NCBI GenBank assembly: GCA_051362555.1
Contig: CM120645.1
Location: forward strand, 17,670,001-17,734,000
Length of the DNA stretch: 64,000 bases
Source: Lingula anatina
Taxonomy: Eukaryota > Animalia > Brachiopoda
Reading direction: 5' to 3'
The position numbers were made by a program, and so were the translations under genes. The first letter of the stretch is position 1. Each line of letters begins with the position of its first letter. Positions 53,201-64,000 of this stretch are shown here, piece after piece. The notes under the pieces were generated by a model that saw only the letters and a program-made list of their open reading frames with translations, was not told the DNA's origin and ran no database searches.

Positions 53201-54075
53201 TGTCTTGCCATGTAGCTGGCAGACATTGGTTGTCCTGCTAGCGTTCTCGCAGATTCGGCTGTCCTGTCATTCTGATGGCAGGTTCGGCTGACCTGCCATG
53301 AAACTGGCAGTCTCGGTCGTCCTGCCATGACACTGGCAGTCCCGGTCGTCCTGCCATGACACTGGCAGTCTCGGTTGTCCTGCCATGACATTGGCAGTCC
53401 CGGTTGTCCTGCCATGACATTGGCAGTCCCGGTTGTCCTGCCATGACATTGGCAGTCTCGGTTGTCCTGCCATGACATTGGCAGTCCCGGTTGTCCTGCC
53501 ATGACATTGGCAGTCCCGGTTGTCCTGCCATGACATTGGCAGTCCCGGTCGTCCTGCCATGACATTGGCAGTCTCGGTCGTCCTGCCATGACATTGGCAG
53601 TCCCGGTCGTCCTGCCATGACATTGGCAGTCCCGGTCGTCCTGCCATGACATTGGCAGTCCCGGTCGTCCTGCCATGACATTGGCAGTCTCGGTCGTCCT
53701 GCCATGACATTGGCAGTCCCGGTCGTCCTGCCATGACATTGGCAGTCCCGGTCGTCCTGCCATGACATTGGCAGTCCTGGTCGTCCTGCCATGACATTGG
53801 CAGTCTCGGTCGTCCTGCCATGTTTTGGCAGTCTGGGTCGTCCTGCCATGCTCTGGCAGTCTCGGTGGTCCTGCCATGTTCTGGCAGTCTCGGTGGTCCT
53901 GCCATGATGCTGGCAGTCTCTGTGGTCCTGCCATGTTCTGGCAGTCTCGGTGGTCCTGCCATGTTCTGGCAGTCTCGGTGGTCCTGCCATGTTCTGGCAG
54001 TCACGGTGGTCCTGCCATGTTCTGGCAGTCTTGATGGTCCTGCTATGTTCTGGCAGTCTCGGCTGTCCTGCAATG
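50262..54075. repeat. GC-rich satellite: 28-29-bp monomer organised as a 173-bp higher-order unit
   Basis: Monomer CTGGCAGTCTCGGTTGTCCTGCCATGTT; 173-bp period (51320, 51493, 51666, 51839); pure 29-bp run at ~53310-53820. Confidence 0.97.
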
Positions 54076-54139
54076 ATGATGGCAGTATTTGTGGTTCTCC
54101 TATGAAGCCGTTAGTCTCGGCTGCCTTCCCTTGATGCTA

Positions 54140-54379
54140 TGTTAAGTCCAATCCTATTCTCATTATTTTACATGTAACCTGTAGAAAATATCATACTTTA
54201 ACATGGTCTGAACACTGTCATTTTTGCTGCTGACATACAAGTTTATGTTACATGCAAGAGCAACCAGTCTGCAACAATCACTCCTATGGAGGATTGTCTT
54301 GCAGAGTTTTCGAGTAATGGATGAAAGTGAACATGTTGGCTTTAAATGATACTAAGGTCGGGTTGATATGGTTTACATC
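54140..54379 (+). mobile_element. L2-clade LINE RT remnant, 5' half
   Basis: LSPILFSLF...HGLNTVIFAADIQVYV (decayed YADD)...MEDCLAE...WMKVNMLALNDTK...IWFTS. Confidence 0.8.
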
Positions 54380-54805
54380 TACCCTCGCCCAGGGCCGCAG
54401 TTATTATTGTGGACATATTTGCTGAGGCGACCCTGTTATGTTTGGCCAGGAGGAAACAATTAATTCTGCACGCAGGCAGAAGGCTTTGTACTTGCTCTGC
54501 AGGACCTCAATGAGAGCTGGGCTTTGCGCCAATATGATTAACACTTGTTATGCAACCTGCCTTGTCTTGCCTGTCTGTTAAAGGGCTGTTTTATTGTCAC
54601 AGATGAGAAATTCACTATCTTGATTACTGTCAAGGGGACTTTGCAGGGACTCGCTTAGTGACCATGCCTGAGTAGTTATGCAAACATTTACAAGCCATGT
54701 AATCATCCTTGAGATTTCAGTACAGGGTGACATCAGACCAAAATGATCGTCTACTTATCTAGAGACGTATCTGTGAATATCTGTGGAAAATCAATCTGTT
54801 GCCCT

Positions 54806-57800
54806 CAGTGTTCATTCTAGGATGCGCCCTTGCGTCATTGGCGCAGAAAAAATTAGGTTGACGCAATTCCTAGAGTGTGCTGCGCCAACAAAATTCAAGA
54901 GAATTAACAGTGGCGCATTTTTGTGTTCTAAACGCGCCCTCCAATTCGGCAAATTCACGACTGAAATTTGATTGTTTACTCGACATCTCTTGACATCAAG
55001 ATCTTACGTTCGACGTAATGAAGATATTCTTTGCTCGTCGCAGTTTTTAACAAATATCTTAATTTATGCTGATGTCATGCTTTTTATGCAAATCAGTGGT
55101 GATCGCCCCTCCTTTCTTGAATCCCTGATAGGCTGAGATTAATTGTCCATGTAAATCAATTGATCAACCCGTACATTGTACATGATGGCGGAGAAGAAGC
55201 AAAGTGTTATTTTAAGTTTTTTTAAGAAAGTCGATCCCAAAGATCACCCTAAAACGGATTAGAATAGTAGCGACGGAGACAATGATCATACACAGCAGAC
55301 ATTTCCACCGGAGAAGAGAGCTAAGGTAGATGTATGTGCTGCTGTCACGACTTCTGATACCGTGTCAACTAGCAATGCAACTTGAAGGTCATTCCAAAAA
55401 AAGTGGAGAGATACTTACAAGTGGCTTGTATACGACAATAGACAATAACTTGATGTATTGCAGCTGATGTGTTGAAAAAAAGGACAATATATTTTTTCAA
55501 GGGACTAATAACTTTCGAACCAGTACCCTTATGCGCCATGAGACATCTAAAGACCACAAGCTTGCCATACAAGAAACGTCAGAATCAGCTCAAGCTAAAC
55601 AGGCTTTTTGCAGAGCTTTAGAAGGTAAAATTATTTTTTGTCAATATTTATTTGTAACACGGAGCATGAGCCAGCAAAGTGACACTAGTGTACGTTGTTG
55701 ATTAACGGTCCCGGACCCACATGTTGTAGTTATATTTGTGTAGGTTGAAGAACTCTCGAAAGTGCATTCTGGGATATCGCAATGCTGAACAACTATGTAA
55801 ATAATGCGTTTGCTGCGTGGCATTGACACAGGGCGTTACGCTCATGTTTTTTCCCTGAACATTATTTTTTGTATATATATATATATAGATAAAATTTTCA
55901 CATTCATTTTTCATAATTTTAGTGTGTCGAGAGATTTGGTCTCTGTTCATGGTGATTAAGGGAAAAATAAAGTAATGGATTGTGTGCTGGAGTAATGTTT
56001 GCAGGTACCTTCAACACTATTTAACATTTTATGCAGGTTATAATGTCCAAATTCAAATTTAAAGTAACGTTTATAAAACATTTTTAGGTAAAGATGGAGC
56101 AATCATGTCAGCAATGAAGTCCATGTACTGGCTAGTTCAAGAGGGCATAGCAATTCGAAAGTTTGGAAGCCTAATAGAGTTGCTACGGCACCTGGATTGC
56201 CCCAACCTTTCATACTTAGACCAAGGAGACAATGCAAAGTATAATTCTGATACAGCAGGGTGGGATATGGTTGCTGCTATTGCTGCCACAGTTGAGGAAG
56301 ACTTGCTTCAGAAAATGAAGTCTTCACCATTTCTAACAATACTAGCAGACGAGAGCACTGATATAACAGTAACAAAAAAGTTGGTTATATGTGTCAGACT
56401 TTTAGACGATAACTTTGTTCCTTCTACCCACTTTGTAGCCGACATAAATGTCACAGATGGCAAGGGTGCCACAGTTGCAGCAGCTATCAAAGACTATCTT
56501 AAATCAAAGGAAATCCCCCTTAGTAAGATATATGGTTTTGGTTCTGATGGTGCAGCGAGCATGACCAGCATGGGAAATGGAGTTGCAGGCAGACTGCTTG
56601 CTGAAAATCCTGCGATGGTTCACATACACTGTATTGCCCACAGATTGGCTTTATGTACTAGCCAGGCAGCAAATGCTATAGACTATATGAAGGACTATCA
56701 ATCAACTATTACCAGTATATTTTATTACTTTAAAGCATCATCTGTCAGGGTAAACAGAATCACAGCTATTCAGGAGCTGCTGGATGAACCTATTTTAAAG
56801 TGCAATGAAGTCCATGAGGTTCGATGGTTGCCCTACTACAAAGCAATAGAAACAATCTACAGGACTTATGGGTCATTAGTGTCCTATATGTCTGAAATGG
56901 GGGCAAGTGATGCCAAGGCAAAAGGTTTTGCAAAGAAACTTTCACAATTCAGTTTTGTTTTTGTCACCCATATGCTTTTGTCCATCCTCAGCATTGTCAC
57001 AGAGCTATGTTTACTCTTCCAAAAGAAAGATCTTGACCCAGCCTTGGTGGATGTTAATGTGAAGCATGCATTGAGAGAACTGCAAAAGCACAGGGACCAT
57101 GCCACAAGTAGTGAAGGGTTGTCTGGTAAACCTGGCAGCTACATCGAGGAATTTCTCCTGAAGGTGGGAACAGGTCAACGTAAATTCTTCAGGGACCACC
57201 TTCTGACTTGTTGTGCTAATTATGAAAAACAATGCAAGGCAATTCAGTGTCAATTTATTGACAATCTCATTAACAACATAAATGCCAGATTTCCCCAGGA
57301 TCACTTGGATATGGTAACAGCATTTGGGTATTTGAGCATGAGACCACTAAGCTTTTTGTCTGAGTCAGAAAGAGAAAATTGGGGTGAAGTCCCTATACAG
57401 AAACTTGCTAGCCATTATGGTAACATTATTGAACATCATGGGTCCAAATCAGTGCCAATAATAATTGAAAAACAAGGTATGAGTGAATGGTCTAAACTCG
57501 AAGAATTGGTTTTCAGAATGGGGTATGCGAGAGATGCCACCTGCAAACTGTGGAGCATTATCAAAACACACCATAGTGAAGACTTTCCCAATTTGTTGAA
57601 GCTGGCTGCAATCTCCCTCATCCTTCCGATACACTCTTTGTAGGTATCAAAAAAGGGACAGATTCTCTTAGTGATTTTTATGTTTGTGATATCATTCAAT
57701 CTGGTAGCTTTTTATGTGCTATCTCACCTTATATAATTAATTAAATTTCATGGTTTTTTTTATAAATTGAAGCCAAAAATGGTTTTAAAATCTAGTTTTA

Positions 57801-58120
57801 GTAAGATTTTGGTTATTGGTGAAAGAATCATCAACATATTTCAGTGTAATCTTATATTTGTAAACAAAATTTCGAGAGTGAAGTCTCTTATTTTAGAAAG
57901 TTGGGATAACCTATTGAATGTGAACCTGCAAGTCAAAATATTATTTTTATGATATAAAGTATTTTTCATCTCTGAATATTAAAACCACAGCAGTAAAACA
58001 CGTGTTACATATTATTATTTAAAGATTTGAAAAAGGGCCCACTTCAAAATGTAATGACCTACTTCTTTTTATGATAGGGGCCCTTTGTCCCATATTGAAA
58101 CATTCCTAGAATGAATACTG
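54806..58120 (+). mobile_element. hAT DNA transposon (3315 bp) with 6-bp TSD
   Basis: TIR CAGTGTTCATTCTAGGA / TCCTAGAATGAATACTG (16/17); TGCCCT at 54800-54805 and 58121-58126. Confidence 0.92.
55182..57643 (+). pseudogene. Spliced hAT (ZNF862-like) transposase, disabled; exon 55182-55624, intron 55625-56087, exon 56088-57643
   Basis: Exon 1 has a TTF-type zinc finger (FQKKW...WLVY...MYC..C...NFRTSTLMRHETSKDH) with stops and frameshifts. The GT/AG splice keeps frame into the 512-aa ORF with ADESTD, GSDGA, HCIAHRL and VRW, which ends ILPIHSL* before the expected CERxFS catalytic Glu. Confidence 0.88.
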
Positions 58121-58137
58121 TGCCCTGGTAGAGGGTA

Positions 58138-58533
58138 GTTTACATCAAGGTTCAAAGCAAATAGGAAAAATGCAGCAAATGCCAACATTTGCATAGATGT
58201 TCTTATAAAACCATCTAGTTCTGTAAAAGATCTGGTAGTTACCCTCAATGAAAATGGCACTGTGTGGGGAAGCATGTATCTGAAGTGTGTAAATCAGCAT
58301 CTTATGCACATTGGAAAAGTAAGAAAAGTGTTTTATAACAGAACCACTGAAAAATTAGTAAATACATCAAGATAAGATTACTGCAAGTCTCCTCTTTGGT
58401 ACATGTGACTATCAGATTAAAAAAATTAATTACAAGTTATTCAAAACTCGGCTGCAAAACTGGTTTGTCAAATAAAGTGCAATAGTGCACATCATATAAC
58501 TCCTATTCTGAAAGGATTACAATGGCTGCCATT
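58138..58533 (+). mobile_element. L2-clade LINE ORF2 remnant, 3' half
   Basis: FTSRFK...PSSSVKDL...VCKSASY...TSR*DYC...LQVIQNSAAKLV...HITPILKGLQWLP; continues the 54140-54379 segment. Confidence 0.85.
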
Positions 58534-58544
58534 GAAGCCATCCA

Positions 58545-58685
58545 GCTAGCAGTCTCAGTTGTCCCGCTATGTTCTGGAAGTTTCGGGTTGTCCTGCCATG
58601 ATGCTGGCAGTCACACTTGTCTTGCCATGTTTTGGCAGTCTCTGTTGTCCTGCCATGCTGCTTGCAGCCTTGGTTATCCTGTGAT
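58545..58685. repeat. Degenerate copies of the 28-29-bp satellite monomer (~5)
   Basis: GCAGTCTCAGTTGTCC / GTTGTCCTGCCATG motifs as in 50262-54075. Confidence 0.75.
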
Positions 58686-61209
58686 GCTCAAATCAGAAAA
58701 CCAGTTCTATAGGATTATCTTTTTTTCATTAAATTTATAATATTTTTGAAATATTTTCATTTTTCTTATTCTGGCATTTTCAAAGTGTGTACTTGAACTC
58801 TCAATAGCCTGAACCTTTTGGTTGTTTCACATTTTATTAAAATCAGTTTTATCTGTTGTGCATTTTTCAGGGAGTGGTTACAAGGCAGCAAGAGAACTGG
58901 TATAGACCTGTCATTCAGGATTAATTAGTGATTCATGTCATCCAGTGATTTATGTCTAGATGTCTTACCAGTACACCTGTGGCAGAGTACCCCAGAATGG
59001 ACCTTTTTCTGACAAAAAGGGCAGTTCTTTCGAACCCCCGAACCCCCCTGGCTACAGGCCTGCTACCTGACAGCAACAGCCAGCAAACAAAGCCACGTGT
59101 TATCCTTTCCACCTTACTTAACTGCAGGCAATCCGTAAATAGAGAGTGCAGTGAAAAAATTACAAATGGTTTAAAATTAACATTTAATATGTAGTATGCA
59201 TTTTCAACTGAGAACAAAATTATTAAAGGCATTTCTTCATCTGAATCATAAATGGTACCAGACAGTACCAGAAGCTATATACTGTTAATACTATACTGTT
59301 AATATTCCTGTTTATATTCCTCCAATGAAATGCAGATTATGTATTTGTAAAAAACACATCAACTTATTAGCTCTTGGTAGTTTTCACGCAGCCTGGTTTT
59401 GGTTGAAATAAGAATTTTCCTCATGTACTCTTAAATATGAATCTGCACTTAAGTGTGAAACTGAGTGATCCTGATGACCACAGTGTACAGCTCTTCGTAT
59501 CTTTTGTGATCTTATGTGGGCAGTTTGCCTCTATGACATATACTTGTATATATATGAACAATGAACAGTTCACTTAATAATGTGATGCTCATATAGACCA
59601 ATATATATCTTGATCATAAAGTTTGTTTATTGTTTACATTGCATAATTTAGTCTTTTACAAAGCCTTTTTCTGTTTTGTTTTTTTTTTAACTTGCAGTAA
59701 TGAATAAACTTAGAATAGTTATCATTGTCAGGAAGATATTGATGGTTGTTTTCTTTGTCATTTCCTGGGTAAAGTATGAAATGGCAATTTGCATTATTTA
59801 ACACACATTGGTACTGTAGTGAAGATGTAGATGGCATCCTATTCAAATTGATTATTTTTTATACCACTTGGGTACAGTCTTCTGTTGAGCATTTTTGTAA
59901 TTCGAGTGTTTAGAAACACTTCTATGGATTTTTAGTTTATTTCTCTTGAACAATCTCCAAACAGTGAAGGGAAACATGGAAGGAAGCAAGTATTTTTTTT
60001 TGTTTGAAATGAAATGCAGTTTTAGTAAAGCCCAGGAGCCACTGGCTCATATGACAGTTATTTAGGAAAATATTAGATTTGGCCTCGTTTTCAAAAAGGG
60101 AGCGGATAGCTCTAAGAAAAAATGGTGGGAGAAGAAGGCATTGAGACAGGTAAGATGTACATATGTTTATACAATGACCAGTTGATTTATATGCTAATAA
60201 ATTCAAAAAGATCATACAGCATATGCTTCAGTTACATTTTATACCCCAAAGGAATGTTCGTGTATCGATTTCACTGAGTATTTTCTGAAGTTACATTCGT
60301 CTTCCAAAATGGCAGCATACAAAGCGGCATTGTAACTGTGTTTTCGAATTGTGCCAAATGTAGATGGACTTTTTCCTTTGTCTGTTCAGGTTTTTCCATA
60401 GTTTGACATTCATTTTTGAACATAAAAAATTTTTGAGCATTGACCAAACCTGTAACTTGGTGGTTTTCGATATTTCCAACGAGGTTTATATACTGACAGT
60501 CGATGAAAACGCATCAGAAAACTTTCTTGTACTTTTGTACTCTTGTACTTTTACCTAGAATTGATTCCAACCATATAAACGAGTACAGATGCACTTATTT
60601 GGTCAAAAGAGAGTGGGCTGACCACTCGGATGTTTAAAATTTCCACTTTATTGATTTTGTGGTCAGCTGTTACAAAATTGTGTTTTTCCTTGGTGTGAAT
60701 TAATCAGGTTCAATATATGGTGATTAATTAAGCCTATTTAAGGTAGTCACCAAATCCAGTATGACACATGACAAAAAAAGTAATGTGATGCCACGTCTGA
60801 CACTGGAAGAGCGACTGGGGAGAGATTTGATCACGTGACCTTGCATTTTAATGATCTTTTCTGATCTTTATTTCACCTTGTGTGACTGAATAATGGGTCA
60901 TATTTCACACGAAATATTCCAAAGGAACTTAAAATACTATTCAAAAAATAAATGATGCGTTTTCATTGACTATCAGTATATTTAGCGTATACGTAATCAA
61001 TCTTTTTTTTTTTTTTTTTTTTTTGAGTGCTAGAGTATCTGCTGGATGTGTCAACAAAACTGGTTCTTTAGTTAGGAGAACAGATCCTAATGCTTTTGAG
61101 AATACGGCATCGTACATTACATGTATGCATTGTTTTTTTGCCATAACTTTATTTTTGTCTTGCAAGTTGACTGCTATATATGCTCTCTTTCTCTCTCATC
61201 ACACGCAAA

Positions 61210-61248
<39 letters not shown>

Positions 61249-64000
61249 GCATACACATGGCTTATTAGTTTGTGAAAGAAAATTGTTTCATGAAATAAAA
61301 ACCTTATATTTTTTAAACTATTCCTTTGTTTTAAGTTAGAAATATTGTGTATTTTGTGAAACAAAATGTACCAGTACAATAATTAGTGTGGTAGTTGTGA
61401 ACACTGTAGTTTGTAGACATGTACCCCAGTATGTATTTTCTACCAGCTTTATTACCAAGATTGTTATTTATTATTTATATCGAGTTTAGTGTGCGTGTTG
61501 TTGTGTGTGTGGAAAGACATTTGCAGTTAGAAAAGTGTTTTTATGTTACTTTTTAAAACTTTTTAATTTGATATTTTTCTAGGCTTGAAGAACATGAATG
61601 GGACCAGGATTAATCATTTTGCCATTCCTTGGCAGAATGCACCTATCATTTCCAAATGCCGTGTAGCATTGAGCACCGTCACAACCTCTGACATTCTTTT
61701 AAGAGATAACTAGTATAACTAGATAACTCAGTATAACTAGTTTGTCATATTATTTTACCGGTAGGTTTGAACCATGCACCAAAAGTAGGGTATATTAAGT
61801 TTAATGTGCAAGCTTTTGCATACATGACGTGGCTTGTAAACAAAAATTATTCTTAAAAAAACAAAAGTTAATTCAAATGCAAATATGGATTGGTGTCGGT
61901 GAGAAAAGAACTGCTGACCTTGGGTAAATTTATAAAATATTATTTGTTAAAATTGGTCCCGTTTGTAAAAGTGGGTGGTGTGTTTGTTGGCTAACTGTAG
62001 CCTATATGTACTGATCTAGATGTGTAAAATAAATCACTAGATGTGTAAAATAAATGAATGTTGCGAAAATAAAAAATAACACTTTTTGCCACAAATCTGC
62101 ATGTATATTTGCAAAGCTTTAATCCCTGTTGGCTGTCACAATATTGATACTTTGTTGACTTGTGTTATAAAAGTTGCTCATAATTATGTAAAAAATTTAT
62201 AAATTGAGTCAATTGATAAAAAGTACTCATTTGTTTTTTTATTTGTCTTTTCATAAAAAGAAACTCATCAATCCGCCTCGTGTAATAGATAAATGCTTAT
62301 TTACAGAGAAAAAAATGAGATAATTATACTTTCGTTTTTCCCATTCTTCCTGTGCAAGTTTTGTTTCTCAATACATGTGCGAAGAATAATCCAAAACGAA
62401 GCTAGATTAGAATGTACTAAGTCAAAACGAGGCACATGGATATTGCAAGCACTTTTTTCTGCATACTCTGCTGTGAATTGATTTGTGCCAATGCTGGATG
62501 AAGGTGAAGTTCCTTACTTGTTTACATTGACATGAAGCTGAATAAATTTGCCACAACTTGCTGTAATTTAAAATTCCGACCTGTTCTCTAAGAATGCAAG
62601 CACTGGAGATAAAGTTAAATTTCCGTACATAACGAAACTCTTATACATGTACCCTTAATAGCCGAGATAGTCCACCTTTTCTGACATCCTATAAATCAAA
62701 AAAAAAAAAAAAATCCCATTTCAAAAATCTATAACTTCCGGGTTTTTTTAAACCACCTAGCGGCAGACCGGTGGGTTCTGGGCTGGTAATGTTTTTTATA
62801 TAAATTTTTAATGGCATACTTTTCTTACCTTCAGAACATTTCAAGTATAAATGCTTCTGACACTACAATAGGCCTATTAATTCAATAATACTTATTTTTG
62901 AAGTGTATTTTTTCATTGCCAACAAATTACATTAGGCCCTACATGTTTTTAAACAGCTGCACTGGCTTTAAGTTAGAATACGGGTCTTACTTTAAATTTT
63001 AGCTATTGTTTATACAATATTTTACCAGTCACCCAGTCCTTACTGTACTAAGTCCAGAAGTATATTCTAAATGGTAACTTAAGATCATTTAATAAATAAC
63101 TTATTACACCATGTAAATAACCGAATTTGTCTTGAAATAATAGCAAAAAATTCATTTTTTCTGTGAATATTGTTCTAACTACCGGTTTTATTATCAGTTC
63201 ATGGTTTGTCATTCTTAATTTGCAGAGTATAATTTATCTTGATCTCCCAGTGTTAGTGAGTGTGTCGTTCAAATTCACAATATATTTAAAGAATATTAAA
63301 AATAAATATTTCGTTGTAGTTTTCCTTATATCTGATCAACAGTGTATTGTATATAAAATGCAAAAAAGGGTACACAGTAAAAAACGCGTTCTGGGAAGGG
63401 CAGAGAAATATGGGGAAAAGAGGAACTTAATAAAGTTGAAGTATTTTCCGTTTATACAGTCCATAAAAGTGTCTTATTTTTCTTCCAGTAGGCGTTTATA
63501 TGTGTACCACAGACGGTACAAATAACCGCCAATCTGCGCTTAGTTACTGTAGACCTACTCCCGCTCCACCAAGCATTTTCCTCAGCTAGCCTATGGCCCA
63601 GAAGATATAATTATAAAGAGTGCCTTTTTTTATAAAAACCATATCGGTCAAAAAACATTTTATTTGTGATGAGACAAAAAAAAAAAAAAAAAAAAAAAAC
63701 TGAAGCAACTCTGCTTGTACCTATGGAAATTGTATCGAATTCCGGGCTGTTGTGCAAATGGACCAAATTTATCCAGAGTGGACATTTTCACAGCAAACAG
63801 AGTTGTTTCGAACAGTTCGACCCACCCACCCCACCCACCCAACTTGGCTACGAACCCGATTATGGGTACTGATACCTAAAATCGTTGAGATTCGGATTTT
63901 GTCTTCGGAAAGTGGAACATAAGTGACACCGTTTCAAAATAATCGTTATCTTATTCATTTATTTTTTCATCACCACCACTGGAGGATCCAATTAAGGTGC

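Larger units (their letters stand above)
54380..58137. mobile_element. MITE with TACCCTC...GAGGGTA termini and 9-bp TSD (AcademH- or MULE-like), split by the hAT element
   Basis: TACCCTCGCCCAGGGC / GCCCTGGTAGAGGGTA; GTTTACATC at 54371-54379 and 58138-58146; related right ends at 12021 and 13862. Confidence 0.85.

Noticed and set aside
50278-54134. Many overlapping 60-290 aa ORFs
   Set aside because: By-products of a stop-poor GC-rich satellite; the same peptides cycle through all frames.
56105-57643. Domesticated host ZNF862-like gene
   Set aside because: It lies between intact TIRs with a TSD, its upstream exon carries stops and frameshifts, and the C-terminal catalytic segment is missing.
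59100-64000. Short ORFs and possible exons in the last 5 kb
   Set aside because: Low-complexity AT-rich sequence with microsatellites; I could not support any protein motif or paired element ends.

Overview
AT-rich, repeat-dense animal genomic DNA. The repeat repertoire suggests a marine invertebrate, but that is inference. No intact host protein-coding gene, rRNA, tRNA or CRISPR array can be supported. The main feature is a young, full-length Ty3/Gypsy LTR retrotransposon (32299-40326). It has two 1159-bp LTRs that look identical by eye, a tRNA-Pro PBS, a PPT and a G GGA AAC -1 frameshift site with a predicted pseudoknot. Its pol is split into two ORFs that meet at an overlapping TGATG stop/start between RT and RNase H. 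The rest is a mosaic of nested elements. One is a three-tier L2 LINE < 9-bp-TSD MITE < spliced hAT (6-bp TSD) nest at 54140-58533, whose empty sites occur elsewhere in the window. Others are a four-element TIR nest at 21317-25804 and a RecQ-helicase pseudogene (AcademH-like) next to a 46-bp satellite. There are also CR1/L2 LINE, Harbinger, Kolobok-, pogo-, piggyBac- and Helentron-like non-autonomous elements, and several tandem arrays with higher-order structure. All calls are by eye; family assignments need database confirmation.
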